Part shown: piece after piece, positions 1 to 10,580 of the stretch
Layout of the letters: each line of letters opens with the position of its first letter
Numbering within the stretch: position 1 is the stretch's first letter
Origin: Spirochaetaceae bacterium
GTDB lineage: Bacteria > Spirochaetota > Spirochaetia > DSM-2461
Length of the DNA: 64,000 bases
Direction of reading: 5' to 3'
NCBI GenBank assembly: GCA_965224705.1
Contig: OZ245056.1
Location: 1,664,001-1,728,000, forward strand
Program-made: the position numbers and the translations under genes
Notes under the pieces: generated by a model
Told to the model about the DNA's origin: nothing
Databases searched by the model: none
The model's input: only the letters and a program-made list of their open reading frames with translations

Positions 1-2
1 TT

Positions 3-254
3 CTTTATGAATTCAAAAGTTTTTGTGTACACTCGTTTCTTGTTTCCATCTTCAACTATAAAAAAAGGAGCCAGCTTCACATTGTACTCAGCGGCCAGCC
101 TCATCCCTTCTGACGATACATCGTCTTCCACTGCAATAATGACATTATTGATTCGTTTCCAGAATCCGCGTTTTTTCAAGAGGTTTTCAGCCTGAGTACA
201 TTTGGCACAGGGCGAGCCATCGGCAAGGATTTTTTTTACCATGGTGATAAGCAT
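3..254 (-). CDS. Small CxxC thioredoxin/glutaredoxin-like protein (partial, runs off window start)
   Basis: Own translation from ATG at 254 (-): MLITMVKKILADGSPCAKCTQAENLLKKRGFW...LAPFFIVEDG..., open to the window edge. Contains a CxxC motif and an 'APFF' cis-Pro-like motif. Not in the ORF track because it has no stop in the window. Confidence 0.6.
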   Translation of the reverse strand, partial: MLITMVKKILADGSPCAKCTQAENLLKKRGFWKRINNVIIAVEDDVSSEGMRLAAEYNVKLAPFFIVEDGNKKRVYTKTFEFIK

Positions 255-488
255 TCTTCATGATATCAAGCAGGTGTGATTGATCATAGGGTGCCTGTGA
301 AAACCTTATACTGTGTCAGGAAGCTTGTTATATCTGATCCCATTTTATCCAGTCAGGTGGGGATTCTTGATGGATGCCGTGATTCAGTGCTGAGTGATAG
401 TTGTGATTCGGGGAATAACTCTTTAGAATCATGAGAGCCCTGGCCGGTAAAAACTAAATACTTTCATACAAGTAAGGGGAGAAACCGC

Positions 489-1418
489 ATGAAGAATGAA
501 ATCGTACCTCATCTTTTTTTTGACACGCAGGCTGTGGAAGCGGCAGAATTCTATTGTTCAATATTCCCGCATTCAACGATCAAATCACGAAGTATTATTC
601 GTGATACACCTTCAGGAGACTGTGACTATCTTTCGTTTGAGCTCTGGGGGAAGAGTTTTGAGGCGATCAGTGCTGGACCGTTTTTTACATTTAATCCATC
701 CATTTCGTTCATGGTCAATTTTGATCCCGCTTTTTTTGACAAATCAGAAGATCCCGTCTCAGAAGCTCGAAGCAAACTTACTGAAGTATGGAACAGACTG
801 AGAGTTGGAGGGCAAACTCTTATGGAACTGGAGGAATATGATTTCAGTCCCTTATATGGGTGGTTGCAGGATAAATACGGAATCTCCTGGCAGCTCATCC
901 TTACTGGATCAGAAGGAGATCCAAGACCTCCAATCATGCTGTCAATGCTCTTTGTTGGGGAGAATTGCGGCAAAGCCGAAGATGCAGGAGACTTCTACCG
1001 ATCTGTTTTTCCGAGTTCTATGGGTATGTTAGTTCGATACCCTTCCGGTATGGAACCGGAGAAAGAAGGTAATGTAATGTTCTCTGATTTTCAGTTAGGT
1101 GAAACCTGGATCACGGCAATGGACAGTGCAGACAGCCATCAATTTCAGTTTAACGAAGCGGTGTCTTTCATAGTTACATGTAAGAATCAAACGGAAATTG
1201 ATTTTTATTGGGAAAAGCTTTCTGCTGTTCCGGAAGCTGAGCAATGTGGCTGGCTGAAAGATAAATACGGTGTTTCCTGGCAGATTGTCCCTGAAGATTT
1301 GAGTGTTTTGATGACGGAGGGAACGGAACAGCAGATCAAGGCTGTCACTCAAGCATCACTTAAGATGAAGAAGTTTTCTATTGATGAACTGCGCCAGGCT
1401 CACGGGAATGCCTTATAG
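489..1418 (+). CDS. VOC/PhnB-like protein (two 3-demethylubiquinone-9 3-methyltransferase-like domains)
   Basis: IVPHLFFD..A.EAAEFY start; duplicated motifs YGWLQDKYGISWQ and CGWLKDKYGVSWQ; SD-like GGGGAG upstream. Confidence 0.9.
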   Translation: MKNEIVPHLFFDTQAVEAAEFYCSIFPHSTIKSRSIIRDTPSGDCDYLSFELWGKSFEAISAGPFFTFNPSISFMVNFDPAFFDKSEDPVSEARSKLTEVWNRLRVGGQTLMELEEYDFSPLYGWLQDKYGISWQLILTGSEGDPRPPIMLSMLFVGENCGKAEDAGDFYRSVFPSSMGMLVRYPSGMEPEKEGNVMFSDFQLGETWITAMDSADSHQFQFNEAVSFIVTCKNQTEIDFYWEKLSAVPEAEQCGWLKDKYGVSWQIVPEDLSVLMTEGTEQQIKAVTQASLKMKKFSIDELRQAHGNAL

Positions 1419-1478
1419 TTGCTGTCAACTCATCATGGAATCTTAATACCGGAAGGTTGAGTAACCTCCTGGCAGCCT

Positions 1479-1502
1479 CCCTGCGGCATCGAACCAGCAG
1501 GG
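1479..1502. terminator. Hairpin between convergent genes (possible terminator or REP-like palindrome)
   Basis: CCCTGC-GGCATCGAACCA-GCAGGG stem between the stop codons at 1418 and 1518. Confidence 0.35.
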
Positions 1503-1517
1503 ATACTTCACTTAAAA

Positions 1518-2705
1518 TCAGCGGATCCTGGCCGAACCATCCTTCAGCAGCCTGTCCAGTTTCTCTGCCGGTTCCTTGAACTGACTCATGAAAATCATCC
1601 CGGCAATGATATAGGGCTTGTAACTGGCTTCCTTGTACAATGGTATGCGGTAACGATCGAAAACGGACGCTTCCACTTCACCTTTTTCGCAGCTGACGCC
1701 AGTAATATCTGCCGGCAGACAATGCATGTAAAGAGCCCTGGAATTCTTCGTTGCCGCCATCAAGTTTTCGGTGCATTCCCAGTCCCTGTGATTTCCATTC
1801 TGCTCCAGCAATTTTTTCTCCAGAGTCTTGATACCAGCCGAATCGCCATTTCCGTAGAGAATGGTTCGTTCCTCCATGGCGGCGAAGGGAGCCCAGCTTT
1901 TGGGATAGACAATGTCCGCATCTTCAAAAGCCTCCGCCATGCTGTGAGTTTTTTTGAAGCTGCCGCCGTTTTCCCCGGCCTGTTTCCGGGCAATTTCCTC
2001 CACTTCGGGCATCACCTCGTAGCCCTTCGGATGGGCAAGAACAACATCCATGCCCAGGCGGCTCATCAATCCAATGATTCCCTGGGGAACGGACAGGGGT
2101 TTGCCGTAGGAGGGGCTGTATGCCCATGTCATGGCAAGTTTCCGGCCTTTCAGATTATTGATGTTACCGTCAAAGTGATTGATCAGGTGCAGGGCATCGG
2201 CCATGCTCTGAGTGGGATGATCAATGTCACACTGGAGATTGACCAGAGTTGGGCGTTGTTCAAGGACACCATCTTTATGACCCTCTTCAACGGCTGCGGC
2301 CACATCTTTCATATACGTATGACCCTTTCCAATATACATATCATCTCGAATGCCGATAACATCGGCCATGAACGAAATCATATTGGCCGTTTCCCTCACC
2401 GTTTCACCATGGGCAATCTGGCTTTTTCCCTCATCCAGATCCTGAACCTCCAGGCCCAGCATGTTACATGCACTGGCATAGCTGAACCGTGTGCGGGTGG
2501 AATTGTCCCGGAAAAGACTGATGCCCAGACCCGAATCAAACACCCTGGAAGATATATTTTTCTCCCTCAGTTCACGTAGAATGTCTGCAACCAGAAAAAC
2601 TGCCTCGATTTCATCCTGAGTCTTATCCCATGTGAGTAAAAAGTCCTTTTGATACATGTTTGTTTTTTTACCCTTGAGATCTTCAATCATTTTTTGTACG
2701 TTCAT
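1518..2705 (-). CDS. ygeW: Knotted carbamoyltransferase YgeW
   Basis: FRDNSTRT, HPTQ, SYGKPLSVPQG and HCLP motifs; lies in a ygfK/ssnA/ygeY cluster. Confidence 0.93.
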   Translation of the reverse strand: MNVQKMIEDLKGKKTNMYQKDFLLTWDKTQDEIEAVFLVADILRELREKNISSRVFDSGLGISLFRDNSTRTRFSYASACNMLGLEVQDLDEGKSQIAHGETVRETANMISFMADVIGIRDDMYIGKGHTYMKDVAAAVEEGHKDGVLEQRPTLVNLQCDIDHPTQSMADALHLINHFDGNINNLKGRKLAMTWAYSPSYGKPLSVPQGIIGLMSRLGMDVVLAHPKGYEVMPEVEEIARKQAGENGGSFKKTHSMAEAFEDADIVYPKSWAPFAAMEERTILYGNGDSAGIKTLEKKLLEQNGNHRDWECTENLMAATKNSRALYMHCLPADITGVSCEKGEVEASVFDRYRIPLYKEASYKPYIIAGMIFMSQFKEPAEKLDRLLKDGSARIR

Positions 2706-2782
2706 TTCACTTCCTTTTATTGATCTTCTAACTAATCGCAGAATACCACGGCATACATTGAATGGCGGAGATTCCCCAACTG

Positions 2783-5656
2783 TCAGTTAATTTTTCCCAG
2801 CGCCCTAAGAATCTTCTCAGGAGAAAACGGCCATGAACGCATCCAGACTCCAACAGCATCATGAATTGCGTTTGCCAGAACGGGTGCCGCTCCGTTAACC
2901 GATACCTCTGCGATGGATTTCGCTCCAAAAGGTCCATAAGGATCATCGGTTTCCACCAGAATGGCCTGGAAATCTTCAGGAACATCTCCTACCATCGGAA
3001 CACCATAGCTGCGAAGGTCTGCATTCAAACAACGGCCTTCTTCATCCAGTATCATTTCCTCGTACATTGCATGACCGATGGACTTCAGCACTCCGCCATA
3101 TATCTGTCCCAGAGCATATTCCGGGTTAATAGGAATACCGGAATCCTGCAAGGCATAGTATTTCTGTACCTTTACTTTTCCCGTTCTGGTATTGACAGCT
3201 ACCTGAGCAAAATGGGCACCATAGGGAAAAGAAAAATACTCGGTGGTGAAGCTGGCACTGGCAATTAACTGTCCACTTCCTTCCCCTCCCTGGGTATGCC
3301 AGGCAAGCTTCTTAAACGTCATTTCCCCTTTTTTGCCCACCACTTTTGAGGGATGTTCTATATGGAGATCTCCGGGATCCTCATCCATCAGCCGGGCTGC
3401 TTCCATCCTGATCATTTCAGCCATTTTCATCGCGGCATTTCTTGCAGCTCCACCAGAAAAATAAGTGCCGGACGACGCATAGGCACCTGTGTCGAAAGGA
3501 GCCATATCCGTATCCCCGGACTGTACAGTGATGTTATCCATATCCGTTTTCAGGACTTCGGCGGTCATTTTCGCTGTAACAAGATCCAGACCCGTTCCTA
3601 TGTCGGCCCCACCGGACTGCACAAGGAGGGTTCCATCGCCCAGCATTTTGACTGTGGCATTGGCCATGTCCAGGCCGGGTAGTCCGGAGCCCTGTTGAAT
3701 CGTTACGACTCCCTTTCCAATTTTCACATCAGGATCGTTTGAATCCTCCTGGATTCCCCATTTGATCATTTCGGCCCCTTGTTTCAGTGCCGGTCCCAGT
3801 CCGCAGCTCACCGCAGGAACGGCCTTGCCCTCTCTTCCTTCACCCAGAGACTTAAGAATTTCCAGCATAGCACCTTCTTTCACACGATTCAATTCAATGA
3901 ATTCCAGATGGTCCATGCCGAGTTCCTCGGCCAGTTCCTTAATGGCTACCTGCAGCGCATAATTGGCCTTTGGAGCCCCATATCCCTGGTAGGCCCCTGT
4001 AGGCGGACGGTTGCTGTAATAAGCCGTTACATCGAACCGGGAATTATCGCAGAGAAATAATGGAAGTGATTTTGATACACCATTCATGGGGACGGTGAGG
4101 GCATGGGCTCCGTACGCTCCCTGATTCGATTCCACCTTCATATACATGGCGGTGAGTTTACCATTCATTTCGGCCCCAAGCTTCACCGTGATGCGCATGG
4201 GTTTTCGGGTAGAACACCCGGTGAATTCCTCTTCACGGCTGTACTGCTGAAACACAGGCCGACCAGTCTTCCAGGCACAGAAAGCAACAAGGTCTTCCAA
4301 TAGGATGTCCTGCTTGCTGCCATATCCGCCGCCCACCCTTTCTTTGATTACCCGGATACGGTTTTCCGGCAGGTCGAGAAGGGTTGAAATTATGCGGCGT
4401 ACATGGTAGGGAACCTGGGTGGAGGCATGGACAATGAGACGATCTCCTTCCAGTCGGGCATAGCAGGTATGCTTCTCCAGCGGAGTGCATTGTATCTGAG
4501 TCGTTGTATAGGTTTTCTCAACAATGACATCGGCCTGGGCCAGTCCTTTCTCCAGATCTCCAATGCCATCGGAGATGGAAGCTGCAATGTTTTTCCGGGG
4601 ATTACCCCCAATGGGGAACTGGTAAAGCACTGGTTCTTCATCGGCATCAGCCTCCTGGTTCAGGTTGTCGAGATCTTCAGGAGCACCGACTTCATAGTAA
4701 ATTCTTCCTCCGTGGATCAGCGGTGCTTCAGCAGCGATGGCGGCATCCCAGTCAAGGAAGACGGGCAGTTTTTCGTACTTGACATCGATAAGACCCAGGG
4801 CCTTCTCGGCTGTTTCTTCGCTTTCAGCAACAACGGCGGCCACTCTGTCGCCCACATGGCGTACCTTTCTGGACAGGAGCATACGGTCGTAGGGAGAGGG
4901 CTCAGGGAATCCCTGACCTGCCTGGCTGTAGGTTTTCTTCGGTACATCCTTGTAGGTAAAGACGGCAACAACTCCATCCAGAGATTCAGCTTTTTCAGTA
5001 TCGACAGCAGTAATTCTGGCATGAGCGTGGGGGGAACGCAGAACTTTCAGAAAGCAGGCATCATCCTCCACCCTGTCCTCAACAAAAACCTTCTCACCAG
5101 CCGCCATACGGGCTGAATCCTTCTTGGGGGATGGTTTCCCGACAATATTGTAGTCCTCACCGAAATGAGGTATGTCAACGGACCCTTTGTCCGGGTTTTT
5201 CATTCTTTCCGCAGCCAGAGTTATGGCGTCAAAAAACTGTTTGTAGCCGGTGGCCCGATTATAGAGCCCGGAAAGAGCATCCTCGATGTCTTCTCTGGAT
5301 GGATTCGGTTTTCGCTGAAGAAGTTCCCATATCATCAGAGCAGCGGCCGGTGAATTGTAGCCGGACTGAATACAGCCGCATTCCAGCATGGCCTGCTGAA
5401 CAATGCTGAGGGAACGGCCGTTCCTTAGAGATTCAATTGTCCGTACATCCCGGTCGGCAAGCTGGGGAGCCAGAAGAAGTCCGGCACATACAATTCGGTC
5501 ATCACAGAGGATGCTGTCGGAACCGGCAAATCCATACCCATCATCGGAATTGCGGACAGATGAAATGCCGATTCGCTGGAGGAATTTCTGTGCACTTTCC
5601 CCTGGATCGGCTTCCCTGGAGACCGTCCGGCCGTTCAGTGTGAATTCAACTTTCAT
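2783..5656 (-). CDS. xdhD: Fused Fe-S/molybdopterin oxidoreductase, XdhD-like
   Basis: N-terminal degenerate 2Fe-2S-like domain fused to a Mo-binding domain (GGGYGSK, GAYQGYG, GPFGAKS); 957 aa; next to a ygfM-like gene. Confidence 0.82.
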   Translation of the reverse strand: MKVEFTLNGRTVSREADPGESAQKFLQRIGISSVRNSDDGYGFAGSDSILCDDRIVCAGLLLAPQLADRDVRTIESLRNGRSLSIVQQAMLECGCIQSGYNSPAAALMIWELLQRKPNPSREDIEDALSGLYNRATGYKQFFDAITLAAERMKNPDKGSVDIPHFGEDYNIVGKPSPKKDSARMAAGEKVFVEDRVEDDACFLKVLRSPHAHARITAVDTEKAESLDGVVAVFTYKDVPKKTYSQAGQGFPEPSPYDRMLLSRKVRHVGDRVAAVVAESEETAEKALGLIDVKYEKLPVFLDWDAAIAAEAPLIHGGRIYYEVGAPEDLDNLNQEADADEEPVLYQFPIGGNPRKNIAASISDGIGDLEKGLAQADVIVEKTYTTTQIQCTPLEKHTCYARLEGDRLIVHASTQVPYHVRRIISTLLDLPENRIRVIKERVGGGYGSKQDILLEDLVAFCAWKTGRPVFQQYSREEEFTGCSTRKPMRITVKLGAEMNGKLTAMYMKVESNQGAYGAHALTVPMNGVSKSLPLFLCDNSRFDVTAYYSNRPPTGAYQGYGAPKANYALQVAIKELAEELGMDHLEFIELNRVKEGAMLEILKSLGEGREGKAVPAVSCGLGPALKQGAEMIKWGIQEDSNDPDVKIGKGVVTIQQGSGLPGLDMANATVKMLGDGTLLVQSGGADIGTGLDLVTAKMTAEVLKTDMDNITVQSGDTDMAPFDTGAYASSGTYFSGGAARNAAMKMAEMIRMEAARLMDEDPGDLHIEHPSKVVGKKGEMTFKKLAWHTQGGEGSGQLIASASFTTEYFSFPYGAHFAQVAVNTRTGKVKVQKYYALQDSGIPINPEYALGQIYGGVLKSIGHAMYEEMILDEEGRCLNADLRSYGVPMVGDVPEDFQAILVETDDPYGPFGAKSIAEVSVNGAAPVLANAIHDAVGVWMRSWPFSPEKILRALGKIN

Positions 5657-6438
5657 GCAAGGACCTCCTTTCCGCAGAGTTCAACCGCATCAGCAATTTT
5701 TACGGCATTCAGATACTTCTTGAAGTCAGCACTTCCCAGTATATCATCTTCCGGATGGATGGATTCCATTACAGCCTGCTCCACATCGGCACCCTTCATA
5801 ACAGCTTCTTCCACCTCTGTAAGTTTCAGAACTTTTGATCCGATACAGCCGGCATAAACAGCCGCCTCTGCGATTCTTCCATCACGGCCGACAAGGCAAA
5901 CGGCGGCTGATACAACCGGTAAAGCCTGATGGGATCGTGACTCCTTTACAGCGGTGCAGAAGCCCTGAACCGGTGGTATGTCAAACTCAAGGATTAAATC
6001 CCCTCTGTCTTCAGCTACCCAGGATTCAACACTGACCTTTGCTTCCTCCACTGTTTTCAGACTGGCCCCCAGGGCCAGAAGAACCGGGATGATACAGGAA
6101 TCCCGTCTATTGGCCCCAACATTTCCGCCAATGGTGGCCATGTTTCTAATGGGTCTGCTCGGGATGAATTGAGCGGCCTGACGAAGTGCCGCAGGCACAG
6201 CGGAACTGTCAGCAATGTCCTGGAGTGTGGTTGTTGCTCCGATACGGGTGTGTCCATCCCTGTGTTCAATGTGACTGAGTTTCAAAGAATCAAGGGAAAC
6301 AACTTTCTCCACGGGTTTTCCCCATTTGCGAAATGGAGCGCTGTTTACCTGTGTACCTCCGGCAAGAAAAACATAGCCCGATCGGCCCATTTCCGCTGCA
6401 TGTTCAAGTGATTCAGCTCGTATAAATTCCTCTATCAT
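5653..6438 (-). CDS. ygfM: FAD-binding subunit of a molybdenum hydroxylase, YgfM-like
   Basis: FLAGGT and IRNMATIGGN motifs; overlaps the xdhD-like start (ATGA). Confidence 0.75.
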   Translation of the reverse strand: MIEEFIRAESLEHAAEMGRSGYVFLAGGTQVNSAPFRKWGKPVEKVVSLDSLKLSHIEHRDGHTRIGATTTLQDIADSSAVPAALRQAAQFIPSRPIRNMATIGGNVGANRRDSCIIPVLLALGASLKTVEEAKVSVESWVAEDRGDLILEFDIPPVQGFCTAVKESRSHQALPVVSAAVCLVGRDGRIAEAAVYAGCIGSKVLKLTEVEEAVMKGADVEQAVMESIHPEDDILGSADFKKYLNAVKIADAVELCGKEVLA

Positions 6439-7805
6439 ATTCCCGCCTCCCTGAGCAGTCTCTCTGCCGCAGCCTGTGCCCTGCTGAAAATCTCATCTTC
6501 ATCCAATCCAGTCAATCGGCCATGTTCTACGACAACTTTGCCATTGACAATCGTGTAATCTGCCCCATGATTGTAACCGGAGAAGAGAAATGCGGCCGCA
6601 GGATCACTGTGAGATCCGGCATATTCCATCTTGAAAAGATCAAACATGGCAATATCAGCAGCCATCCCTTCCTCCAGTCTGCCGCAGGACGGGAAGTTCA
6701 GCAATCTGGCTCCGTTTTCAGTTCCCATCCGAAAGACATCCCGGGCAGAGAGGGCATTGGATCCCTTTGTTACCCGCTGAAGAAGCAATGCATTCCGCAA
6801 TTCGCCCAGCATGTCCGAGGAATCGTTGGAGGCACTGCCATCCACACCCAGAGCAACATTGATTCCCATTTCCTTCATTTCCGTCACCCGGCATATTCCC
6901 GATCCAAGGCGCATATTGGATGTGGGACAGTGACATATCTGGCAGCCGGTTTCCTTGAGGATGGTCAACTCCTCATCATTGAAGTGAATGCCGTGGGCAA
7001 ACCACACATCGGGTCCGGTAAAATCACAGTCCTGCATGACACGCAGCGGCCGCCGTCCCCCCATTTCCCGTTCGCAAAAACTATTCTCATCCAGAGTTTC
7101 GGCCAGATGGGTGTGGAGAAGCACTCCGTTCTCCCGGGCCAGGGCTGCCGTGTCCCTCATTGACTGTTCGGAGACGGAAAAAGGGCTGCAGGGAGCCAGA
7201 ACAATTTTTCTCATGGACAAATCCGATGGATCGTGGAACTGCTGGATAACCCTCAGGGAGTCTTTGAGAATATCCTCCTCAGACTGCACAACGGTATCCG
7301 GCGGCAGACCGCCATCCTTTTTTGAAAGGCTCATGGAACCTCTGGTAGGGGAAAAACGTATGCCTGTGGCTTCAGCCGCAGAAAACTGAATGCCCATGAT
7401 GTCGGCTGTCACACTCTGCGGATAGAGGTAATGATGATCTGTACTCAGTGTACAGCCTGTTTTAAGGAGTTCCGCTGTGGCCAGGGCTGTCGACCAGTAA
7501 ATCCCATCTTCATCCAGATATTTCCAGATTTCATAGAGATACACAAGCCACTTGAACAGTTTGGCATTCTGCACAGCCGGGAGATTTCGGGTCAGTGTTT
7601 GATAGAAATGGTGATGCGTATTCACAAGACCTGGAATGACCAGATGCCGGGAAGCATCAATCTCCCGGACATCGCCATCCGGCCGGGGTATGTCCCGGGC
7701 AATTCGCCGAATCACACCGCCGCCGTCCATCAGCACATCGACTTCACTGAGGGCCTGGCTGTCCGCGTCAGTCACTAAAGCATAACAATCCTTGAGGAGA
7801 ACCAT
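6435..7805 (-). CDS. Amidohydrolase, 8-oxoguanine deaminase/AtzB-like
   Basis: PGLVNTHHHFYQTLTR, APCSPFSV, HTHLAET and GVDGSASND motifs. Confidence 0.85.
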   Translation of the reverse strand: MVLLKDCYALVTDADSQALSEVDVLMDGGGVIRRIARDIPRPDGDVREIDASRHLVIPGLVNTHHHFYQTLTRNLPAVQNAKLFKWLVYLYEIWKYLDEDGIYWSTALATAELLKTGCTLSTDHHYLYPQSVTADIMGIQFSAAEATGIRFSPTRGSMSLSKKDGGLPPDTVVQSEEDILKDSLRVIQQFHDPSDLSMRKIVLAPCSPFSVSEQSMRDTAALARENGVLLHTHLAETLDENSFCEREMGGRRPLRVMQDCDFTGPDVWFAHGIHFNDEELTILKETGCQICHCPTSNMRLGSGICRVTEMKEMGINVALGVDGSASNDSSDMLGELRNALLLQRVTKGSNALSARDVFRMGTENGARLLNFPSCGRLEEGMAADIAMFDLFKMEYAGSHSDPAAAFLFSGYNHGADYTIVNGKVVVEHGRLTGLDEDEIFSRAQAAAERLLREAGI

Positions 7806-7807
7806 TT

Positions 7808-9277
7808 CTAATCCTTTTTATGATGTTCAATTCTTCTATTGAAAGATTCAATCAGGACATCCAGCCTGTCCCGAACGGCATAAACACTCTCCCAGTAGTC
7901 CCTGTCGTACCATTGCCTGTTAATTTCTTCGTAAGTTTTTCCCTGCTGTTCCACCCAGGTGTAGTACTTCAAATTGTGGATGCGTTTCCGATCTTCATAC
8001 CGTAGTTCCAGCAGGGAATCTGTACCAATTTGCTGGAGCATTTCAAAATCTGCTACCGCATTGTCCCTTGTGTAGGCACCATTTTCTGCTTCAAGCTCTT
8101 TGAGTCTGGAAGAGTACAGTCCTCTGGAATCGGTGAATACAGTCATGACGAAGTCTTCCTCGGTGAGTTCGTAGTATCTGGCCAGCTTGATGGCGGTAAT
8201 CATGTTGCAGATTCCGCTTATACCCATTATATCCAGACGCGATACAAAATCTCTGGACAGGCCCTTCTCCAATAGATAATCCCGGCCTATCTTCTCGTTG
8301 AATAAACGAAGAAGCCTCATCGTATGTTCATCATCAACAGCAGCCACCATGTCTGTATTTCTGACATTGTGAATCCAGGGAACATGTTTGTCGCCGATGC
8401 CCTCAATTCGATGACCCCCGAAACCATTATTGAGCAGCGTAGGGCATTGCAGGGCTTCGCTCACCGCCAGTCTGGCTCCGGGGAAGACCTTCTTTAAATA
8501 CTCACCGCTGGCCGTGGTTCCGGCAGAACCCGATGAAACACAGGTGGCCGCAAAACGGTCGCGGGGGCCCATCAACTGCCGCAGAACCTTCTCCATGGCC
8601 CGGCCTGTCACTTCATGGTGCCACAGATGGTTGCCAAGCTGATCAAATTGATTGAAGATATAGAGATATTCACCCCGTTCAGCATCCAGTTCATGGCATT
8701 TATCAAAGATTTCCTTCACATTGCTTTCGCAGCCCGGTGTGGCAATGGTTTCATCAGCCATCTTTTCCAGCCATTCAAAGCGTTCCCTGGACATTTCCTC
8801 CGGCAGTATCGCAATCGATTTGCATCCAAGAAGCCGGGAAATATAGGCTCCTCCGCGGCAGTAGTTCCCTGTACTCGGCCACACCGCCATATTCCGGTCT
8901 GGATCGAACTGACCTGTCACCAGAGCAGGGGCCAGACAGCTGTAAGCCGCCCCCACCTTGTGAGAACCAGTGGGAAACCACTTGCCTTCCAGACCAACAA
9001 TTCTGGCCTTCACACCAGTTAGATCGGATGGAAGCTCAACATGATTCACACCGCTGTAACTACCCCCGACATCCTTCTGTTCATTTTCCCAGGAAACCCT
9101 GAAAAGATTATGACTGTGAACTTCATCCCGTCCGATTTTCGTCAGGGAAGTCTTTATATAATCCGGAATCAGGGCTGGATCAGCCATCTGCCTGTAGGTT
9201 GGCAGTACAATACCCTGTTCAGCACAGTATTCCGCATTCTTCTCAATCTGTTCTTCATTCAATGTCAAATCTATCAT
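7808..9277 (-). CDS. PLP-dependent fold-type II enzyme (tryptophan synthase beta/cysteine synthase superfamily)
   Basis: PTGSHKVGAAY (PLP lysine), PSTGNY and HRIEGIG motifs. Confidence 0.8.
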   Translation of the reverse strand: MIDLTLNEEQIEKNAEYCAEQGIVLPTYRQMADPALIPDYIKTSLTKIGRDEVHSHNLFRVSWENEQKDVGGSYSGVNHVELPSDLTGVKARIVGLEGKWFPTGSHKVGAAYSCLAPALVTGQFDPDRNMAVWPSTGNYCRGGAYISRLLGCKSIAILPEEMSRERFEWLEKMADETIATPGCESNVKEIFDKCHELDAERGEYLYIFNQFDQLGNHLWHHEVTGRAMEKVLRQLMGPRDRFAATCVSSGSAGTTASGEYLKKVFPGARLAVSEALQCPTLLNNGFGGHRIEGIGDKHVPWIHNVRNTDMVAAVDDEHTMRLLRLFNEKIGRDYLLEKGLSRDFVSRLDIMGISGICNMITAIKLARYYELTEEDFVMTVFTDSRGLYSSRLKELEAENGAYTRDNAVADFEMLQQIGTDSLLELRYEDRKRIHNLKYYTWVEQQGKTYEEINRQWYDRDYWESVYAVRDRLDVLIESFNRRIEHHKKD

Positions 9278-10107
9278 TTTTCCTCCTCGATAACTGTTAA
9301 AAACTCGTCCAGGGAATTCAATGCTGCCTGCTTTCTATACTCAGCCGTAGACCTCTGGTCATCTATGGGTCTGATAACCTCAGAGGCGGCCTCCAGAATT
9401 GATTCTATATCCTCACCTTCGAGTACCATCTGCTCAGCCTTACTGAGTCGTATTGCTGTTGGAGCAACGGCTCCAAGGGCAAAGCGGAAATCCACTGTCT
9501 GTCCATTTTCCTCCCGCACGTAACCAGCCGCCGAGAGTTTCGAAAGGGCGTTGGCCCTGCGGGTTCCCACTTTCCTGTAGTATGTTGACCCCCTTCCCAG
9601 AATCGGGATATGAATTTCTGTAAGAATTTCATTGTCAGCCAGCACAGTGGAACCCGGTCCGGTAAAGAATTCCCCGACAGGGACAATACGTTCCCCCTGT
9701 GTGGACTTCAAAACGAAACTGGCCTCATGGACGAAGAGGGCGGGTAAACTGTCCCCGGCTGGTGAGGCATTGCAGATGTTTCCGCCCAGAGTTGCCCGGT
9801 TGCGGAGACCCGGGGACGCAATATCCAGCATTGAATTTCGCACCAGGGCTGGCAGAAGCTGGAAGTCAATGATTTCCGACATGGTTGCTGCTCCGCCAAT
9901 GCACAATTGAGAACCGGACAGAAAAATGCTCTTCATACTCTCAACGGCATCCAGAAACAGAACAGGTTCCTCAAAAAAAGGGCCGGTACCGGTGTACCCC
10001 CGCCGCTTCACCATCAAGTCTGTTCCGCCGGCAAAGAGCAATGCCCCTGTTTCCTCCCGGTAACTCAGGGCTTCATCCAATGAGACAGGCCGCAGGCTTT
10101 TTACCAT
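9274..10107 (-). CDS. Xanthine dehydrogenase-family FAD-binding subunit
   Basis: AGGTDL, RNRATLGGNICNASPAGD and PIDDQRSTAEYR motifs. Confidence 0.9.
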   Translation of the reverse strand: MVKSLRPVSLDEALSYREETGALLFAGGTDLMVKRRGYTGTGPFFEEPVLFLDAVESMKSIFLSGSQLCIGGAATMSEIIDFQLLPALVRNSMLDIASPGLRNRATLGGNICNASPAGDSLPALFVHEASFVLKSTQGERIVPVGEFFTGPGSTVLADNEILTEIHIPILGRGSTYYRKVGTRRANALSKLSAAGYVREENGQTVDFRFALGAVAPTAIRLSKAEQMVLEGEDIESILEAASEVIRPIDDQRSTAEYRKQAALNSLDEFLTVIEEEK

Positions 10108-10580
10108 TTCACCTTCTCCTCTACTGCCCTTTCGGCGGCAATCTTAACGCCGTCCACAATCATGTCATAGCCTGTACAACGGCAGATATTGCCGGAAAGT
10201 CCTTCCCGTATAAAGTCTTCCGAGGGCTGAGAATTCTTTTTAAGCAGACTCACAGCCGCCATAACCATGCCCGGTGTACAGAAACCGCATTGAGCCGAAT
10301 GGGCTTCTGTAAAGGACTGGACAATCAGTTGACCGGAAGGCAGGTTCTTCAGACCATCGATGGTCATTACACTGCCTCCATCACACTGATGAGCTGGAAC
10401 CAGGCAACTGTTCACCAGCTTGTTATTTAAAAAAACACTGCATGCACCGCATTCTCCTTCTCCGCAGCCTTCCTTGCTGCCCGTCAAACCCAGATCATCT
10501 CTGAGTATATCCAGAAGTCGCCGCACAGGCTGCACGGTCAGTGTATGCTTTTCTCCATTGACCTCAAAACTAAGTTCCAT
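10101..10580 (-). CDS. Xanthine dehydrogenase-family 2x[2Fe-2S] subunit
   Basis: GCGEGECGAC, QCGFCTPG and GNICRCTGY motifs. Confidence 0.93.
   Translation of the reverse strand: MELSFEVNGEKHTLTVQPVRRLLDILRDDLGLTGSKEGCGEGECGACSVFLNNKLVNSCLVPAHQCDGGSVMTIDGLKNLPSGQLIVQSFTEAHSAQCGFCTPGMVMAAVSLLKKNSQPSEDFIREGLSGNICRCTGYDMIVDGVKIAAERAVEEKVKW

Noticed and set aside
1722..2579. 285-aa + strand ORF and similar ORFs opposite the purine operon
   Set aside because: Antisense to well-supported genes.
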